Shown: piece by piece, positions 41,526-54,860 of the stretch
How positions within the stretch are numbered: the first letter of the stretch is position 1
Layout of the letters: every line of letters begins with the position of its first letter
NCBI GenBank assembly: GCA_964016885.1
Contig: OZ024742.1
Location: forward strand, 1,364,001 to 1,428,000
Reading direction: 5' to 3'
Length of the DNA stretch: 64,000 nt
DNA from: Eledone cirrhosa
Taxonomy: Eukaryota
Notes under the pieces: generated by a model
Told to the model about the DNA's origin: nothing
The model's input: the letters and a program-made list of their open reading frames with translations, nothing else
The model's database searches: none
Position numbers and translations under genes: made by a program

Positions 41526-42011
41526 GCGTTGCCGAGGATTAATTCGTCTACATGGGATGTTGTAAGCGTTAAATACGACACAGGGGTGTTCAGGTTCTCT
41601 TCAAGATCGTACGATCAACACTCCCACCAAGAGCAGGTAGTCCAGATAGAAGATATCTCTACCTTTTGATCCAAGCTTCACTAGCTCTAAACTCTCGTCA
41701 GTAGACTACACCTGATTGACGAGCATGCGGCTCCCTTCTTGTTGATAAACTGTTTCACAATGTTGAAACGTTTCTATACCTTCCGCAGTATCACGTGTTA
41801 CATGTTGCAGCAATGCACCTTACATTGCAGTTGTTGATGCCTGTATCTGTGGTGGTGCGGAGGAGGGAGATATGCAACAACTTAGAGCCAAGTCGCCAAC
41901 GGAAATATGACGCAATCCAATGTAACAAAGTTTCGGACAGCAGTCCTTCTTTACCAGCACTGTATGTTTCCTCCCTACTTCGCAACTCTATAGATTAAAG
42001 TCTGTCTTGGA

Positions 42012-42260
42012 GGCTCATCAGGCCGGAGCTTATCTTAATTTGTGTGGTGTTAAGCGACTGAGAGTATAAGATTCCCCTCTGGATAGGATGCCAGTCCATC
42101 ATAGAGTTAAACTCTCAGCTACTGCTGGTACTTATTTTCAGTTGAGTATACTGGGGCAACGTGAAATGAAGTGTTTTGCTCAAGAACACTACACACAACC
42201 CAGTCCAGGGCATTATGATAGTAAGTTCAACACTCTAACAATTACGCCGCACGTCTCCAT
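42012..42260 (-). mobile_element. CORE-type SINE with a different 3' tail
   Basis: Same CORE-like block (reverse complement of CTTGAGCAAAACACTTCATTTCACG) but an unrelated tail. Confidence 0.65.
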
Positions 42261-42519
42261 AACTCTATGGTGCATGGAGAAACACCGTACCCTCGCAGTC
42301 AACTGGTACTCAACTAGGCAGTGGCTGTCTGTCTCGTCCTCGGCGCTTGACTGGGGTCAGCCACCCAATCTACGAGCAACACAAATGCTGCTATGGATCC
42401 ATAACAAACCCTTTCGATCTTCATCCACAGTCATGTCGGAGTGAGGATCACTTCCGAGGCCAAGTCACTCTTAACGATATTATTAAGTATTTCTGGGACG
42501 TTGCTAGCTTCTATTTCTA

Positions 42520-42885
42520 ACTCAGGTCGGTGGTGTTAGACCGAGAGGACGATAAAAGGCCAGGTGGTATAACAATCTACTCGTCTCGCGGTAGTAAGCC
42601 CCTCATTTGGGACATTTCCTTCAGCAGCAACCTGGTAAATTCAGCGGCGGATTCAGGTTTCGCTGCTCGACAAGTTGAAGATCGCAGATTGTTGACGTAT
42701 CGGCTGCTTTTCGATAGATTTGTGGTTAAACCAATAACGGTGGAGACCTCTGGTGTTCTGAGTCCTCGAACCATTTCCCTACTTGCTGCTATTGTGGGAC
42801 TGAGGTGACAACCCACAGAAGTTGGAATGACTCTTTCAGTGCATCTCCCATGCTATCCTCCGGTGTAACGTTTTCTCTCTTCTGT
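42520..42885 (+). mobile_element. CRE-like endonuclease fragment
   Basis: DDKRPGGITIY..GSKPLIWD...PITVETSGVLSPRT. Confidence 0.7.
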
Positions 42886-43331
42886 CTTCTAAAACCACGA
42901 AGTAACATATGCCTAAGATTCCGCACGTCTGAGATACAGAACAGACGAATGTGGGGAGGGTGCTGATAACCTTTCAGAGGCTGGGTCATGCTGTTATCCT
43001 TGGCCACTTTACACTACACACATATACATACACACACAAGACGCAACACCAATCTCCAGTAAAATCTATTATTGGTAAATGAGAAATCTTAACAAAGTTA
43101 TCTGCCCTTATCCAATCTATAATCTTGTAATGGCGCTGACTTAACTGCAGAACATTTCTGCAGTATTTTCTATGTTTTTACCTTCGCGTTCGATGATATC
43201 TATTTGTAAGGCTAATTTTTTATTGTTCCAAGGAAATTTTACAAACCATTTTCATCGATTTCAGATGTTTTATATTGTGTAATTTGTTCTTTTCTTTAAA
43301 AAACGCATCCACAACAAGCAGAGCTGTAAAA

Positions 43332-43470
43332 ATGGGTACTCATGTAGTTGGTGATCAGCGCTCGGTGATGGAAGAGAAGAGAAGTGTGTTTCAAAATCGA
43401 CCATCTATGTCAGGTTCACCTCCTCTTAATTATGCAGCTTCACAACAATCACCTCGCCAAACCCAGACAG
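43332..43470 (+). CDS. SLC25A46: SLC25A46 first coding exon (probable)
   Basis: AAAAATGG start, MGTHVVGDQ...SPRQTQT, strong CAG|gtgagt donor, phase 1 joining the exon at 48888 in frame. The peptide itself is not recognisably conserved. Possible upstream acceptor at 43264. Confidence 0.65.
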
Positions 43471-43621
43471 GTGAGTGCATTTTCTTACCTTCTTTATATT
43501 ACATATATATATATGTTTACATTCATTCATTCAACTAATATAATCAACTCCGACAAACCTCCAATAACGTATGATATAATATAATATATATACGTATCAT
43601 ATCATATAATATATATATATA

Positions 43622-43804
43622 ACGAAGTGTGGTAAAGAACCAGATGGACCATAACGCACCAAAGTACTCAATACTTAGGGTAGTAGAGTGGGTAATAGGA
43701 ACGAGTAGCACCCCGACGGCTGAGCTCAAGCCGTTTCGACGGATAATTCTGGACGTCCAGAATTAACCGTCGAAACTACTCGTCGGGGTGCTACTCGTTC
43801 CTAT
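43622..43804 (-). mobile_element. Fold-back half-hammerhead element (copy 2)
   Basis: Reverse-complement homolog of 19309-19525; palindrome at 43695-43804. Confidence 0.7.
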
Positions 43805-43825
43805 ATATATATATATGTATATATC

Positions 43826-43859
<34 letters not shown>

Positions 43860-43909
43860 TTTATTTATGTATATTATTTATATATGTATATATATATATT
43901 TATATATGT

Positions 43910-44195
43910 ATCATCATCATCATTTTACGTCCGCTTTTTCTGCAGCTGGATGCCCTTCCTAACACCAACCTCATTTACAGTGAGTGCTGGGTGCTTTTTT
44001 TGCCGTGGCACCTGCACGACCACTTTGCAGTGGAATGATAGTCCCTATAATCTCATTTCTACAGCTGAGTAAACTGGAGCAATATGAAATAAAGTGTCTT
44101 GCTCAAGGAAACAACACATCACCCGGTCTGAGAATTGAACTCACAACCTTTCGATTGCAAGGCCAATGCTCTAACCACTAAGCCATGTGCCTCCA
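43910..44195 (-). mobile_element. CORE-type SINE, internally deleted
   Basis: Reverse complement of 54861-55200 with deletions. Confidence 0.85.
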
Positions 44196-44898
44196 TATAT
44201 ATATATTTATGTATGTATATATATATATTTATATATATATATATATATTTATGTATGTATATATATATATTTATATATGTATGTATATATATATATTTAT
44301 ATATGTATGTATGTATATATATATTTATATATGTATGTATATATATATATATTTATATATGTATATATATATTTATATATGTATATATATATTTATATAT
44401 GTATATATATATGTATGTATATCATCATCATCATCATCGTTTAACGTCCATGTTCCACGCTTGCATGGTTTGGACGGGGGTTTTGCCACTTGAAGCAAGA
44501 GTGGTTGTCCTGCTCGTATAGGACTGTCTGGCGGGTTTTCTACAGCTGGATGCCCTTCCTAACACCAACCATATTTACAGTGTGGGGCTGGGAGGTTTTT
44601 ACCGTGTTACCTACACGGCCACAATATATATATATTTATATATGTATGTATATATATATATATTTATATATGTATGTATATATATATATTTATATATGTA
44701 TATATATATATTTATATATGTATGTATATATATATTTATATATGTATATGTATATATATTTATATATGTATGTATATATATATATTTATATATGTATGTA
44801 TATATATAGATTTATATATGTATGTATATATATATATATATATTTATATATGTATGTATTCAGTTGAAAATTGCAAACTTGACTGTCACCACACATTA

Positions 44899-44937
44899 TG
44901 AACCTGAAGATTGCGAAAGCATGAAAGTACTTGTTCA
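44899..44937 (+). ncRNA. Minimal type I hammerhead ribozyme
   Basis: TGAAC-CTGAAGA-TTGC(GAAA)GCAT-GAAA-GTACT-T-GTTCA. 5-bp helix I, GNRA-capped helix II, palindromic helix III AGTACT, CUU triplet. Confidence 0.75.
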
Positions 44938-45122
44938 ATTAGCACTTAACATTTAATATTCTATCATACTATTTCATTATAATACCATTATAAATTTTAA
45001 AGGATTGTAAATAAAACGAGTAAATCAGACAAAGTTGGAATTCCTCTTATTAATATAATCTTCTATACACAATCATACATACCCGTGTATATCTATCTAT
45101 CTATATATATTTATATATGTAT

Positions 45123-45189
<67 letters not shown>

Positions 45190-45192
<3 letters not shown>

Positions 45193-45449
45193 AGGTCGAA
45201 ACAAATGAGGTCGTGTAGGTGTCACGACAAAAAACTCACAGTCCACGCTGTAATGTGGTCGTGTAGGTAACACGGTAAAAACCTCCCAGCCCACACTGTA
45301 AATGTGGTTGGTGTTAGGAAGGGCATCCAGCCGTAGAAATCCTGCCAGACAGTCCTATACGAGCAGGAGAACCACTCTTGCTTCAAGTGGGAAAACTCCC
45401 GTCCAAACCCATGCAAGCGTGGAATATGGACGTTAAACGATGATGATGA

Positions 45450-45450
<1 letters not shown>
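45190..45450 (+). mobile_element. Headless RTE-tail SINE-like element (subfamily b)
   Basis: GTTAGGAAGGGCATCCAGCCGTAGAAA block and (GAT)n tail; inverted relatives at 44422-44625 and 50035-50300. Confidence 0.75.
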
Positions 45451-45498
<48 letters not shown>

Positions 45499-45506
45499 AC
45501 ACGACC

Positions 45507-45544
<38 letters not shown>

Positions 45545-45657
45545 TAAACGGAATAGAAAATGCTGACAAATTGTTCACAGTTGAAAAATGGTTTAATTAG
45601 GAATAAAAGAGTATTGATTGTATGGGTTAGTATTCAGTTGTGGTTTTAATTTTTTAA

Positions 45658-45696
45658 TTTTTTACCGGTTGCGCATTTCTAAATGCTTTTCAAAAA
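45658..45696 (-). ncRNA. Degenerate hammerhead of the U3:A8 family
   Basis: Minus strand TTT-TTGAAAA-GCATTT(ag)AAATGC-GCAA-CCGGT-A-AAA with A13C; upstream CACGGACACTCTATCTCAA resembles positions 1-19 CACAGACCCTCCATCTCAA. Confidence 0.45.
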
Positions 45697-45969
45697 TAAT
45701 TTTGAGATAGAGTGTCCGTGCTGTTTGCTCTGATCTGATTGTAAATATATATATATGTATATATATTTATATATGTATGTATATATATATTTATATATGT
45801 ATGTATATATATATTTATATATGCATGTATATTTATATATGGATGTATATATATATATTTATATATGTATGTATATATATATTTATATATGTATGTATAT
45901 ATATATATTTATATATGTATGTATATATATATATTTATATATGTATGTATATATATATATTTATATATG

Positions 45970-46010
<41 letters not shown>

Positions 46011-48384
46011 GGTTTGAAGTTTGTTGGAGAGAATGTGCTTGGAATACGAAGGGCCAGTCTTGTTATATATGTATGTATATATTTATATATGTATATATAT
46101 ATCAGTATTTACCAGTCTTAAAATAGACCATTATTCAGCAGAGTGCTCGATACTTGGGATAGAGTGTGAGGTGGTAACTGGCCCCGACTCTCTCTAATAT
46201 TATATATATATATATTTTGAATTGAGTTTGAATTATTTTTTCCCACATCTTACGTTAACTATTTTCCCATTTTGACGCTATAGTCACTTCTATATTATGG
46301 AATACTGTTGGCTTCTAGCTACAATACTTTCTATACCTTTCATTCATATATATATATATATGTGTGTGTGTGTGTATAATGAAGCAAAAGTTAACATGTT
46401 AGAATTTACTTCATTTATTCCTTATACAATCGCTGTTATATATTCCGATAACATATTTTACCATATATATAATACTATCATGTTATATATAACATTGTGT
46501 ATAATATATACAATATAGAATATTATACTAAATATAATATAATATATACAGTGATATATATATTATATATATACAATATTATATCTATGTTAAACGGTCA
46601 AATCTGTGGAATTCTTTCCTCCTGGATTCGAAGATTATTAAAGTATGTCTGTTATTTTAGAAAATCGTTGAATAAATTATTGAATAAATAAGTTTTTTTC
46701 CCTTAACAAGTTGATTCCAGAGTTTTCTGTTTTGTTTTGTGATTTTCGGCTTCATTTTCATTTCACTGACGTCAGTGGGAGGTGCGTTATGGCATGATCG
46801 CCACAACATCACTTCATTTCCCTTCTAGAATTCTATATTAATCTAAAACTTAAGTATCTGTTGTGAGAACATTCACAATATTTAAGGATCGATATTTCCC
46901 CTTTCCTTGGTCGATATGTTTATAGAAAGAGGAGGTGACCTTGTCATGTACTGATTGTTGTTGTTCCAGTTGTTGTCTGTATGGTTATTTACCGGTTTCA
47001 GTAGTGTAACTACACCATTTTTAAATATCTCACGGATATTTACTTTAACAGTTTCAACTATTTACTTACACAGTATCGATTATTGTGACTAGCTTCGATC
47101 TCTCATTTGATGTTTCGGAAGAAGAAAAGAAGAAAAAAACGTAACTTGTAACTCTTAGTAACAAATGTGTGTGTGTGTGTGTATGTATGTATTTGCATGT
47201 GTGTATGTATAATTCGTATAAGAAATACGTGTTAGTGATTCTGATAAACATTTATATATGTGTATGTAAACATCGGTGTGTATAATTCTTATAACTGCTT
47301 TTGTGTCTTGAATTCTTATAAACATTGTGTGTGTGTGTGTTTATGTATATATGTGTGTATGTATATAAGTGTGTGTGTGTTTATATGTGTATGTATATAA
47401 GTTTGTGTGTGTTTATGTATATATGTGTGTATGTATATAAGTGTGTGTGTTTATGTATATATGTGTGTATGTATATAAGTGTGAGTATGTTTATGTATAT
47501 ACGTGTGTATGTTTATGTATATACGTGTGTATGTATTTGTAATTCCTATAACAAATGTGTGTTTTGAATTCTTATAAACGTGTGTGTGTGGCCAACTTGT
47601 TAAGAGGTGTATTTCACAACCATGAAGTCTGGGTTTAATCACATACACCATTGACATCTTGGGCAAGTACCTTAGTGAGTGAAATAGAGTTGATTGAAGC
47701 TGGTTTGAAGTTTGTTGGAGAGAATGTGCCAGTCTTGTTATATGGGCCAGTCTTGTTATATGCTGTATCAGACTGGATCTCCCTAAGAATTGTTGGTGGT
47801 ACACGTATATGTGGAGTGCTCAGCCACTTAGACATTGGTCATTCTGTTGATCAAACAACTGGACACTCATTGTCAAAACCAAGAATTTGCTGACAGAATT
47901 TTGACTTAATGACCATAGGATTTGCACCTAGAGAGTTCCCCTCCGAGGCATAAATCTGGGCAAGGTTGTTTGTGGAAGAGCAGCAGTCACCCATACATAC
48001 CAGTCTCTCCTCTCCAGACAACTGATGTTGTCCAAAGGAAAGGCAATGAATAATACAGCTTGGTACCAGTGACGTGTCGTGCTCAAGGACACAATACACA
48101 CCACCCAGTTCTGGAATTGAACCCACAACCTCACAATTGTGAATACAACTCTCCTAGTATATATATAGAGGTGTCTAATGCCTTCACACACACACATATG
48201 TGTAGAGAGGGTGGTATCTAATGCAATTCCATACGTAACCATTCCATCGTGGACACTTTCGGCCTCCACCTGCTTTCCTGTAGCCACAGTGCCGGCCGCC
48301 TTCACGCCATGCTGCCCTGAACGAGGTCATAAAGCATGGCTTGGACACTGCAGGCTTCCCTTCCCAGCTCGAGCCGGTGGGGCT

Positions 48385-48770
48385 GGATCGCGGGTACGCC
48401 AAAAGCCAGATGGCATGACCATCTTCATGTTCCGCGGTGGCAAACCCCTCGTCTGGGGTGCCACTTGCACCGACACTTTCAGCAGCCGCAACCTGGTGCA
48501 GTCTGCGACTAACCCAGGTTCTGCTGAACGTCGGACTGAGGGGGCCAAATTCTTCAAATACCGGTCGCTCTCCGACAGGTTTGCGGTTGTACCCTTGGCA
48601 GTGGAGACTTCTGGTGTCCTCGGCCCTAGGGCTCCCTCCCTACTCACCACCATAGGCGCTCAGCTGGCCAGCCGCAGGTGTGAGCCTTGCTAGTTGGAGT
48701 GGCTTTTCCAGCACGTCTCCCTTGCCGTCCTCCGAGGAAACGCCTTCTCCATTGTGTCCGCCAGGGCTGT
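48385..48770 (+). mobile_element. CRE-like endonuclease C-terminal fragment
   Basis: [21 protein letters not shown]...KFFKYRSL...PLAVETSGVLG...EWLFQHVSLAVLRGNA. Confidence 0.8.
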
Positions 48771-48887
48771 GGGGAGACAAGCCGATTATATTACGAATTC
48801 TGTTGAATAGTCTTAAATACTTCAATACTTGAGAAATGTACCATCTTGATGAGTTTTTTTATATTTATTTATCTGTTCTTTATGTAG

Positions 48888-48927
48888 ATATTGTCCGTTT
48901 TACTGGCATGGCTGTTGGAATATCAAG
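48888..48927 (+). CDS. SLC25A46: SLC25A46 exon ((D)IVRFTGMAVGIS)
   Basis: tatgtag acceptor and AG|gtaagt donor, 40 nt, phase 1 to 2; resembles vertebrate NRFAGFGIGLAS. Confidence 0.85.
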
Positions 48928-48959
48928 GTAAGTCTGTTACGTCTTATTTTCCATCTATA

Positions 48960-49323
48960 AGTAGTATTAGTAGTGGTGGTGATGGTAGAGGTGGTGGTGG
49001 TGGTGGTACTGGTGGTGGTGGTTGTAGTGGTGGTAGTGGTAGTGGTGGTAGTAGTTGTGGTGGTGATGGTGGTAGTAGTCGTGGTGGTGATGGTGGTAGT
49101 AGTAGTGGTGGTGGTGCTGGTAGTGGAGGTAGTAGTGGTGGTGGTGGTGGTAGTAGTGGTGGTGGTGGTGGTGGTAGTGGAGGTAGTAGTAGTGGTGGTG
49201 CTGGTAGTAGCAGTTGTGGTGGTGATGGTGGTACTAGTAGTGGTGGTGGTGGTAGTAGTGGAGGTGGCATTGGTAGTTGTAGTAGTAGTAGTGGTGGTGG
49301 TGGTAGTAGTGGTAGTGGTGGTG

Positions 49324-49355
<32 letters not shown>

Positions 49356-49375
49356 GGTGTTGGTAGTTGTAGTAT
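48960..49375. repeat. (GGT)/(AGT) trinucleotide repeat
   Basis: Low-complexity array. Confidence 0.9.
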
Positions 49376-50420
49376 TGTGCCAATAACATCTTCATGTTTT
49401 TTAAAAACTCCACAAAAACATTGAACCAAGGACTTGCCCTGATATATACATGTATCATCATCATCATTTTAACGTCCACAGTTCCTTCTAGCACGGGTTG
49501 GTTAGACCATGTCAGTACTGAAGTAGGGCTGCTGATGTCCTGGACAGTCTCACATTCCACTGTGCACAGGAGAGGTTATGTCTTTGACACAACTGAAAGT
49601 CCTCCCAACCCTTGTTTGGCAAGCTTTCTATGGATGCCCTTCCTATCAGCAACCAATTTACAGAGTGTACTGTGTGTATTTATCATTTAGATCACCTAGA
49701 CTAGGGAGGTTGTCTTGTAGATCACCAACACAAGGGAGGGTGTCATGTCTTTGACATGACTGAAAGATCCTCCAGTGTGTATGTCATCAACATAATCATT
49801 TAACATCCATTTCTCCACGCTAGCAGGGTTAGACAGGTTGTCCTGTTGTGAGATAAGCCAGATCAGATGACCTTGTCTTGCTCCTACAGAACCATTTCTA
49901 ACTTGGTTTCTATGGCTGGATGTCTCTCCTAATGTCAACCATATCTACAGTGCATACTGGGTGATTGTTATCATGACACCAAAACATGTATGTAGTAGAG
50001 GTAGTGTATATATATATATATATATATATATATTATCATCATCATCATCATCGTTTATTGTCCATCTTCCACGCTAGCATGGGTTTGGACGGGAATTTTC
50101 CCACTTGAGGCAAGATTGGTTGTCTTGCTCGTATATAGGACTGTCTGGCGGGTTTCTTACAGCTGGATGCCCTTCCTAATACCAACCACGTTTACAGTGT
50201 GTACTGGGAGGTTTTTACCATGTTACCTACATGGCCACATTACAGCGTGGACTGTGTTTTTTTTGTCGTGACACCTACACGACCGCATTTGTTTCGGACT
50301 GGATGTTGTGGTACCAACATAACTTTACATTGGAAGGGGTGGTGTTGATGGGGTGGGGGTAGTGGGACGGGGATGTATTTTTGTTAGAGGTGCCTACTGA
50401 CTGTAGGTTTCGCTTTGTAC

Positions 50421-52480
50421 TTAAGCAAGGCAGGTCTTCTGTATTACTGTGTAGTGCCAAAGATCTCGGTCCAGTGACATTGTCTTGGAGAGGTGTAAGT
50501 GTGTGAGGTCAGAATTTATCAAATCGTCCCAGGTTTTTCTGGGTCTGCCTACTCCGTGGCTACCGTCTATTTTTATTGCCCTGCACTTTTTTATACAGCT
50601 GTCATCTTTCATGCGCATCACGTGACCGTACCAACGTAGTCTTCTCTCGAGTAAACAGCATCTGATCCCTCTTATTCCTAATTTCTCCCTTAGTTCGTTT
50701 ATGGTTTGCCGTTCACGTATATTACTATTACACATCCAGCGGAGCATGCAAGCTTCGTTCCTCTCCAGTCTGTGTATATCCTCAATGCCCAGGTCTCCCT
50801 GCCATGTAACATTGCTGTTCGTATGCAGGCATCGTACAGCCTGCCTAAACATTTTTAGAGAGAACCCTTTAGCGGCTAATAGTGGTAAAAGCTCTCTGAA
50901 CTTTTTCCATCCCGTTCTGACTCTAGCTACTGTCAGAGCACCCTCCCCCACTGCTGATTTTGTCACCCAGGTAACGGAAGGTGTCCACTATTTCTATAGA
51001 ACCATCTGTGCAATGGAACGAGCTAGTATTCTGTGGGCACTTGCTGCTACTTATTGCACCTGAGCACCGGCCACATATAAAATCTATATTCTTAGTTAGC
51101 TTACCTGTCATCCCACTACATCTTTTATGCACCCATACTTTGCATTTGGGACATAAAATGGAGTTTCTGCCTACTCCTTTCCTACAGACTGAGCATGGCC
51201 ATTTCCCAGATGGGACCGGTGCCCTATTTTCCTTCCTACAAACTAGAACTTTAGTCTTAGACAGGTTAATTTTAAGGCCTTTTGATTCTAGGCCATGCTT
51301 CCATGTTTGGAATTTCTTCTCTTGTTCGGCCATTGATTCAGCTATGAGCGTTAGATCATCAGCGTATAGGAGTTCCCATGGGCAGCCGATCTTGAACTCC
51401 TCTGTTATAGCCTGAAGGGCAATAATAAATAGGAGAGGGCTAAGGACGGAGCCCTGATGAACACCAACTTTTACGCTAAACTCTTCACTATATTCGTTGT
51501 TAATTCTAACCTTGCTGACTGTTTCTTTATACATGGCTTGTATAGCTCTCACAAGCCATTCATCAACACCTAGTTTTCTAAGAGCCTACTAGATAATGGA
51601 GCGGGGGACTCTGTCAAAGGCTTTCTCCAAGTCAACAAAAGCTTAGTATAGGGGTTTACTTTTAGCTAGGTATTTCTCCTGTAGTTGTGTAGTTGTCGTA
51701 CAATGAAAAGAGCGTCTGTGGTACTTTTACCTGACACAAACCCGAATTGCATTTCATCTAGATCAATTCGCTCTCTGATTAGTTGCGCTATTACTTTTTC
51801 TGTGACCTTCATGACCTGGTCAATTAGTTACCCCTATCTAGGGCATCTCCTTTACCCTTGTAGCAGTTAATGATGAAGCTGCTACGCCAGTCCTTCGGAA
51901 CGACCCCATTCTGTATGACTTGGTTTACTATCCGGGTGACCATAGTGTGTCCCACCGTTCCAGATGCTTTCAGCATTTCAGCATCTATTTCCGAAGGCCC
52001 AGCCACCTTACCCGTCTTCATATCTTTGATTGCCTTACCTATTATACTACCTTCAACTAGCACTGCTGGTCCCTCTATTGGATCGATGTGAGGGGGACTG
52101 TCTTTCTCCCAATTATTCTCCTCATTTAGTAGCGTTTCGTAGTGACACTTCCAAGCTACCTTCTTATCAGCGTCAGTGGTGGCAAGTACACCATCATCAT
52201 TAAGGACACACTTCTCCCCGACAATATCAGGGTTTTCCTTGACACATTGCCTAGCAATCCTGAACACCTCACGTTTTTGGTCCTCGCGTTGTAGAACATG
52301 CTTGAACTTTCTTTCCTCTGCTTCCCTTCTTGCGAAGTACACTTGTCTCCTAGCTTCCCTCCTGGCCACTTGATAGTCTTCTCTACTTCCCCCATCCCGC
52401 CATACTTTCCAAGCCTGCTTTTTGGCCTTAATTGACTCCTCCACCTTACTGTTCCACCACCACGTTACTCTCCTCCTGCC
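50421..52480 (-). mobile_element. RTE-clade LINE, 5'-truncated and decayed
   Basis: WWN..V, K.GK.AGP, FGF..G.ST, FVDLEKAFD, GVHQGSVLSPLLF, LLYADDL, PHD-like CxxC cluster, RLRWYGHVMR, GRPRKTW; stops and frameshifts. Confidence 0.92.
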
Positions 52481-52517
<37 letters not shown>

Positions 52518-52679
52518 CAGATTTCAACGTTTTCATCTACCAAATTCCACTCACAAGTCATTGGTTATATTTATATTTTACTCACAGCTCTTTAGTTTTT
52601 GCTTAATTATATTTTTTTTACTTTAATGTTTCAAATATTTTATTTTTATGAAAAAAGTCAAATATCTGTTATGTTGTAG

Positions 52680-52737
52680 CTTGTTTGCTGAGAAGCTGTT
52701 ATCACATCCCTGTATTGTACTTCGGCGACAGTGTCAG
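52680..52737 (+). CDS. SLC25A46: SLC25A46 exon ((S)LFAEKLLSHPCIVLRRQCQ)
   Basis: gttgtag acceptor and CAG|gtaatt donor, 58 nt; HPCIVLRRQCQ is the SLC25A46 form of the carrier signature. Confidence 0.93.
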
Positions 52738-53789
52738 GTAATTACATTGATATCACACATGTTGATTGCTACATCTTGTGAGAAGAGTGCCATCCCTTCA
52801 TTGAACATTGTACCATCATGTGCACGCAGGTGACCTTTCAGATCAGCTGAAATAAAGCTGAATTATTGTGGAGGTGCCACGGAAAAAAGCAGCCATCACT
52901 CACTGTAAATGAGGTTGGTGTTAGGAAGGGCATCCAGCTGTAGAAATCAAGCCAGAATCAGTTCCTGTATGAGCAAGACAAGGTCACCCGACCTAACATT
53001 GCCCACAACAGGACAACCCATCTAACCCATGCTAGCGTTGAAGAACGGACGTAAAATGGTGATGATGATGATGATGATATATATATATATATGTGGCTGA
53101 CAGTTGAGAGAATAGAGTACTCAATACTGAACTAGAGTTTTAATATTCATTTTATTAAATTATAGGGTCATCTGATGACCCTGTGATAAGCAGGCAAAAC
53201 TTCAGAGTAACAAGACTCACTATTTAACCATAATGAAATTTATATATATATAAGTCCCACCCTTGCAAGCAGGGAAAAGCGGACGTAAAATGATGATGAT
53301 ATAAATGATAAATGTTATCGTCATCATTCATCATCATCGTTCAACATCTTCCACGCTAGCATAGGATATATATAAATGTATGAGTAAAATTTGTTTGTGT
53401 AGATAAGTGTGCAAACAAAAATAAAACAAGATTGCTTACCAAAGTATCTCAACATGATCGTTGTAGATTCCAGTAACAGTCCAATAAGAGGGATCAGATA
53501 TACTGTTTGTATTAAGTATGTCTATACATACATACATATGTATGCATGCATATACGTGTGTGTACACGTACGTTGGAATACGTATGGATGTACACATATA
53601 TGTATATATATACATGTGCATGTACGCGTATCTGTGTGTGTATGTACATGTGTTATGTCCTCTTCCTTATATTGTGTACGTGCATGTATATGCATATATG
53701 TATATTTATGTGCATGTATGCATGTGTATGCGTATGTATGTATGTATGTATATATATATATGTATGTATGTATATGTATATGAGAGATA

Positions 53790-54370
53790 TTGAGAGAGAG
53801 ACTGAGCATAAGAGGAATCAAATGCTGTGTGCAGGAGAGGCGGTTGCGTTGGTATGGACATGTGATGCGTATGAAGGATGACAGCTGCATAAAAAGGTGC
53901 AGAGCACTAGAAGTCGATGGAAACCGCGGAGTGGGGAGACCCAGGATGACCTGGGATGAGGTGATAAAAGCCGACCTTACCTAATTACACCTCTCAAAGG
54001 CGATGACACACGACCGTGACCTCTGGCGTCACGCAGTAATACAGAGTACCCGACCTCCCATGGGTACAATCTGAAGCATATAGACAATATGCCCCCACAC
54101 CCCCCACTGTAAGGTGGTCGTGGAGGTGCCACGGCAAAAAAGCACCCAGCCCACACTGTAAAGTGGACGTGTAGGCGCCACGAAAAAGCACCCAGCACTA
54201 ACTGTAAATGAGGTTGGTGTTAGGACGGGCATCCAGCTGTAGAAATCAAGCCAAATCAGTTCCTGTATGAGCAAGGCATGGTCAGCCGACCAGACACTGT
54301 CCACAACAAGACAACCCGTCTAACCCATGCTAGCGTGGAAGAACAGACGTAAAACGGTGATGATGATGAA
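53790..54370 (+). mobile_element. RTE 3' fragment followed by SINE body
   Basis: RRLRWYGHVMRMKDD..GRPRMTWDEV, near-identical to 58135-58375, then GGGCATCCAGCTGTAGAAA and a (GAT)n tail. Confidence 0.85.
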
Positions 54371-54530
54371 TGTATGCATTTAAGTATATGCGTATAACAT
54401 TTTTTTGTCTACATATGTACATATTGTATGTATGTGCGTGTTTTTGTATATTTACGTGTGTATACATATGTGTATGTGTCTGTCTCTCTCTCTATATATA
54501 TGTATAGGCTTGTGTGGGTATATGTGTGTG

Positions 54531-54833
54531 CTTGCAAGGGTGGGACGGGAACTGATTCTGGCTTGATTTCTACAGCTGGATGCCCTTCCTAACACCAACC
54601 TCATTTACAGTGAGTGCTGGGTGCTTTTTTGCCGTGGCACCTCCACGACCACTTTACAGTGGTATGATAGGGACCCCCAGTCCCTATCATCTCATCTCTA
54701 CAGCTGAGTAAACTGGAGCAATGTGAAATAAAGTCTCTTGCTCAAGGAAACAACACATCACCCGGTCTGAGAATTGAACTCACAACCTTTCGATTGCAAG
54801 GCCAATGCTCTAACCACTAATCCATGAGCCTCC
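54531..54833 (-). mobile_element. CORE-type SINE
   Basis: Reverse complement of the adjacent + copy. Confidence 0.9.
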
Positions 54834-54860
54834 ATATATGTATATATATATATATATATA

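Noticed and set aside
41530-42000. Possible decayed RT (LLHWIASYF) on the - strand and a TTGACGA...GAAAC motif
   Set aside because: Too degenerate to assign; the ribozyme-like motif has no helix I.
53163-53218. CTGATGA-CCCTG..CAGGC-AAAAC..GTA hammerhead-like relic
   Set aside because: Catalytic G12 is missing and helix I is poor; the core sits in a competing hairpin AGGGTCATC/GATGACCCT.
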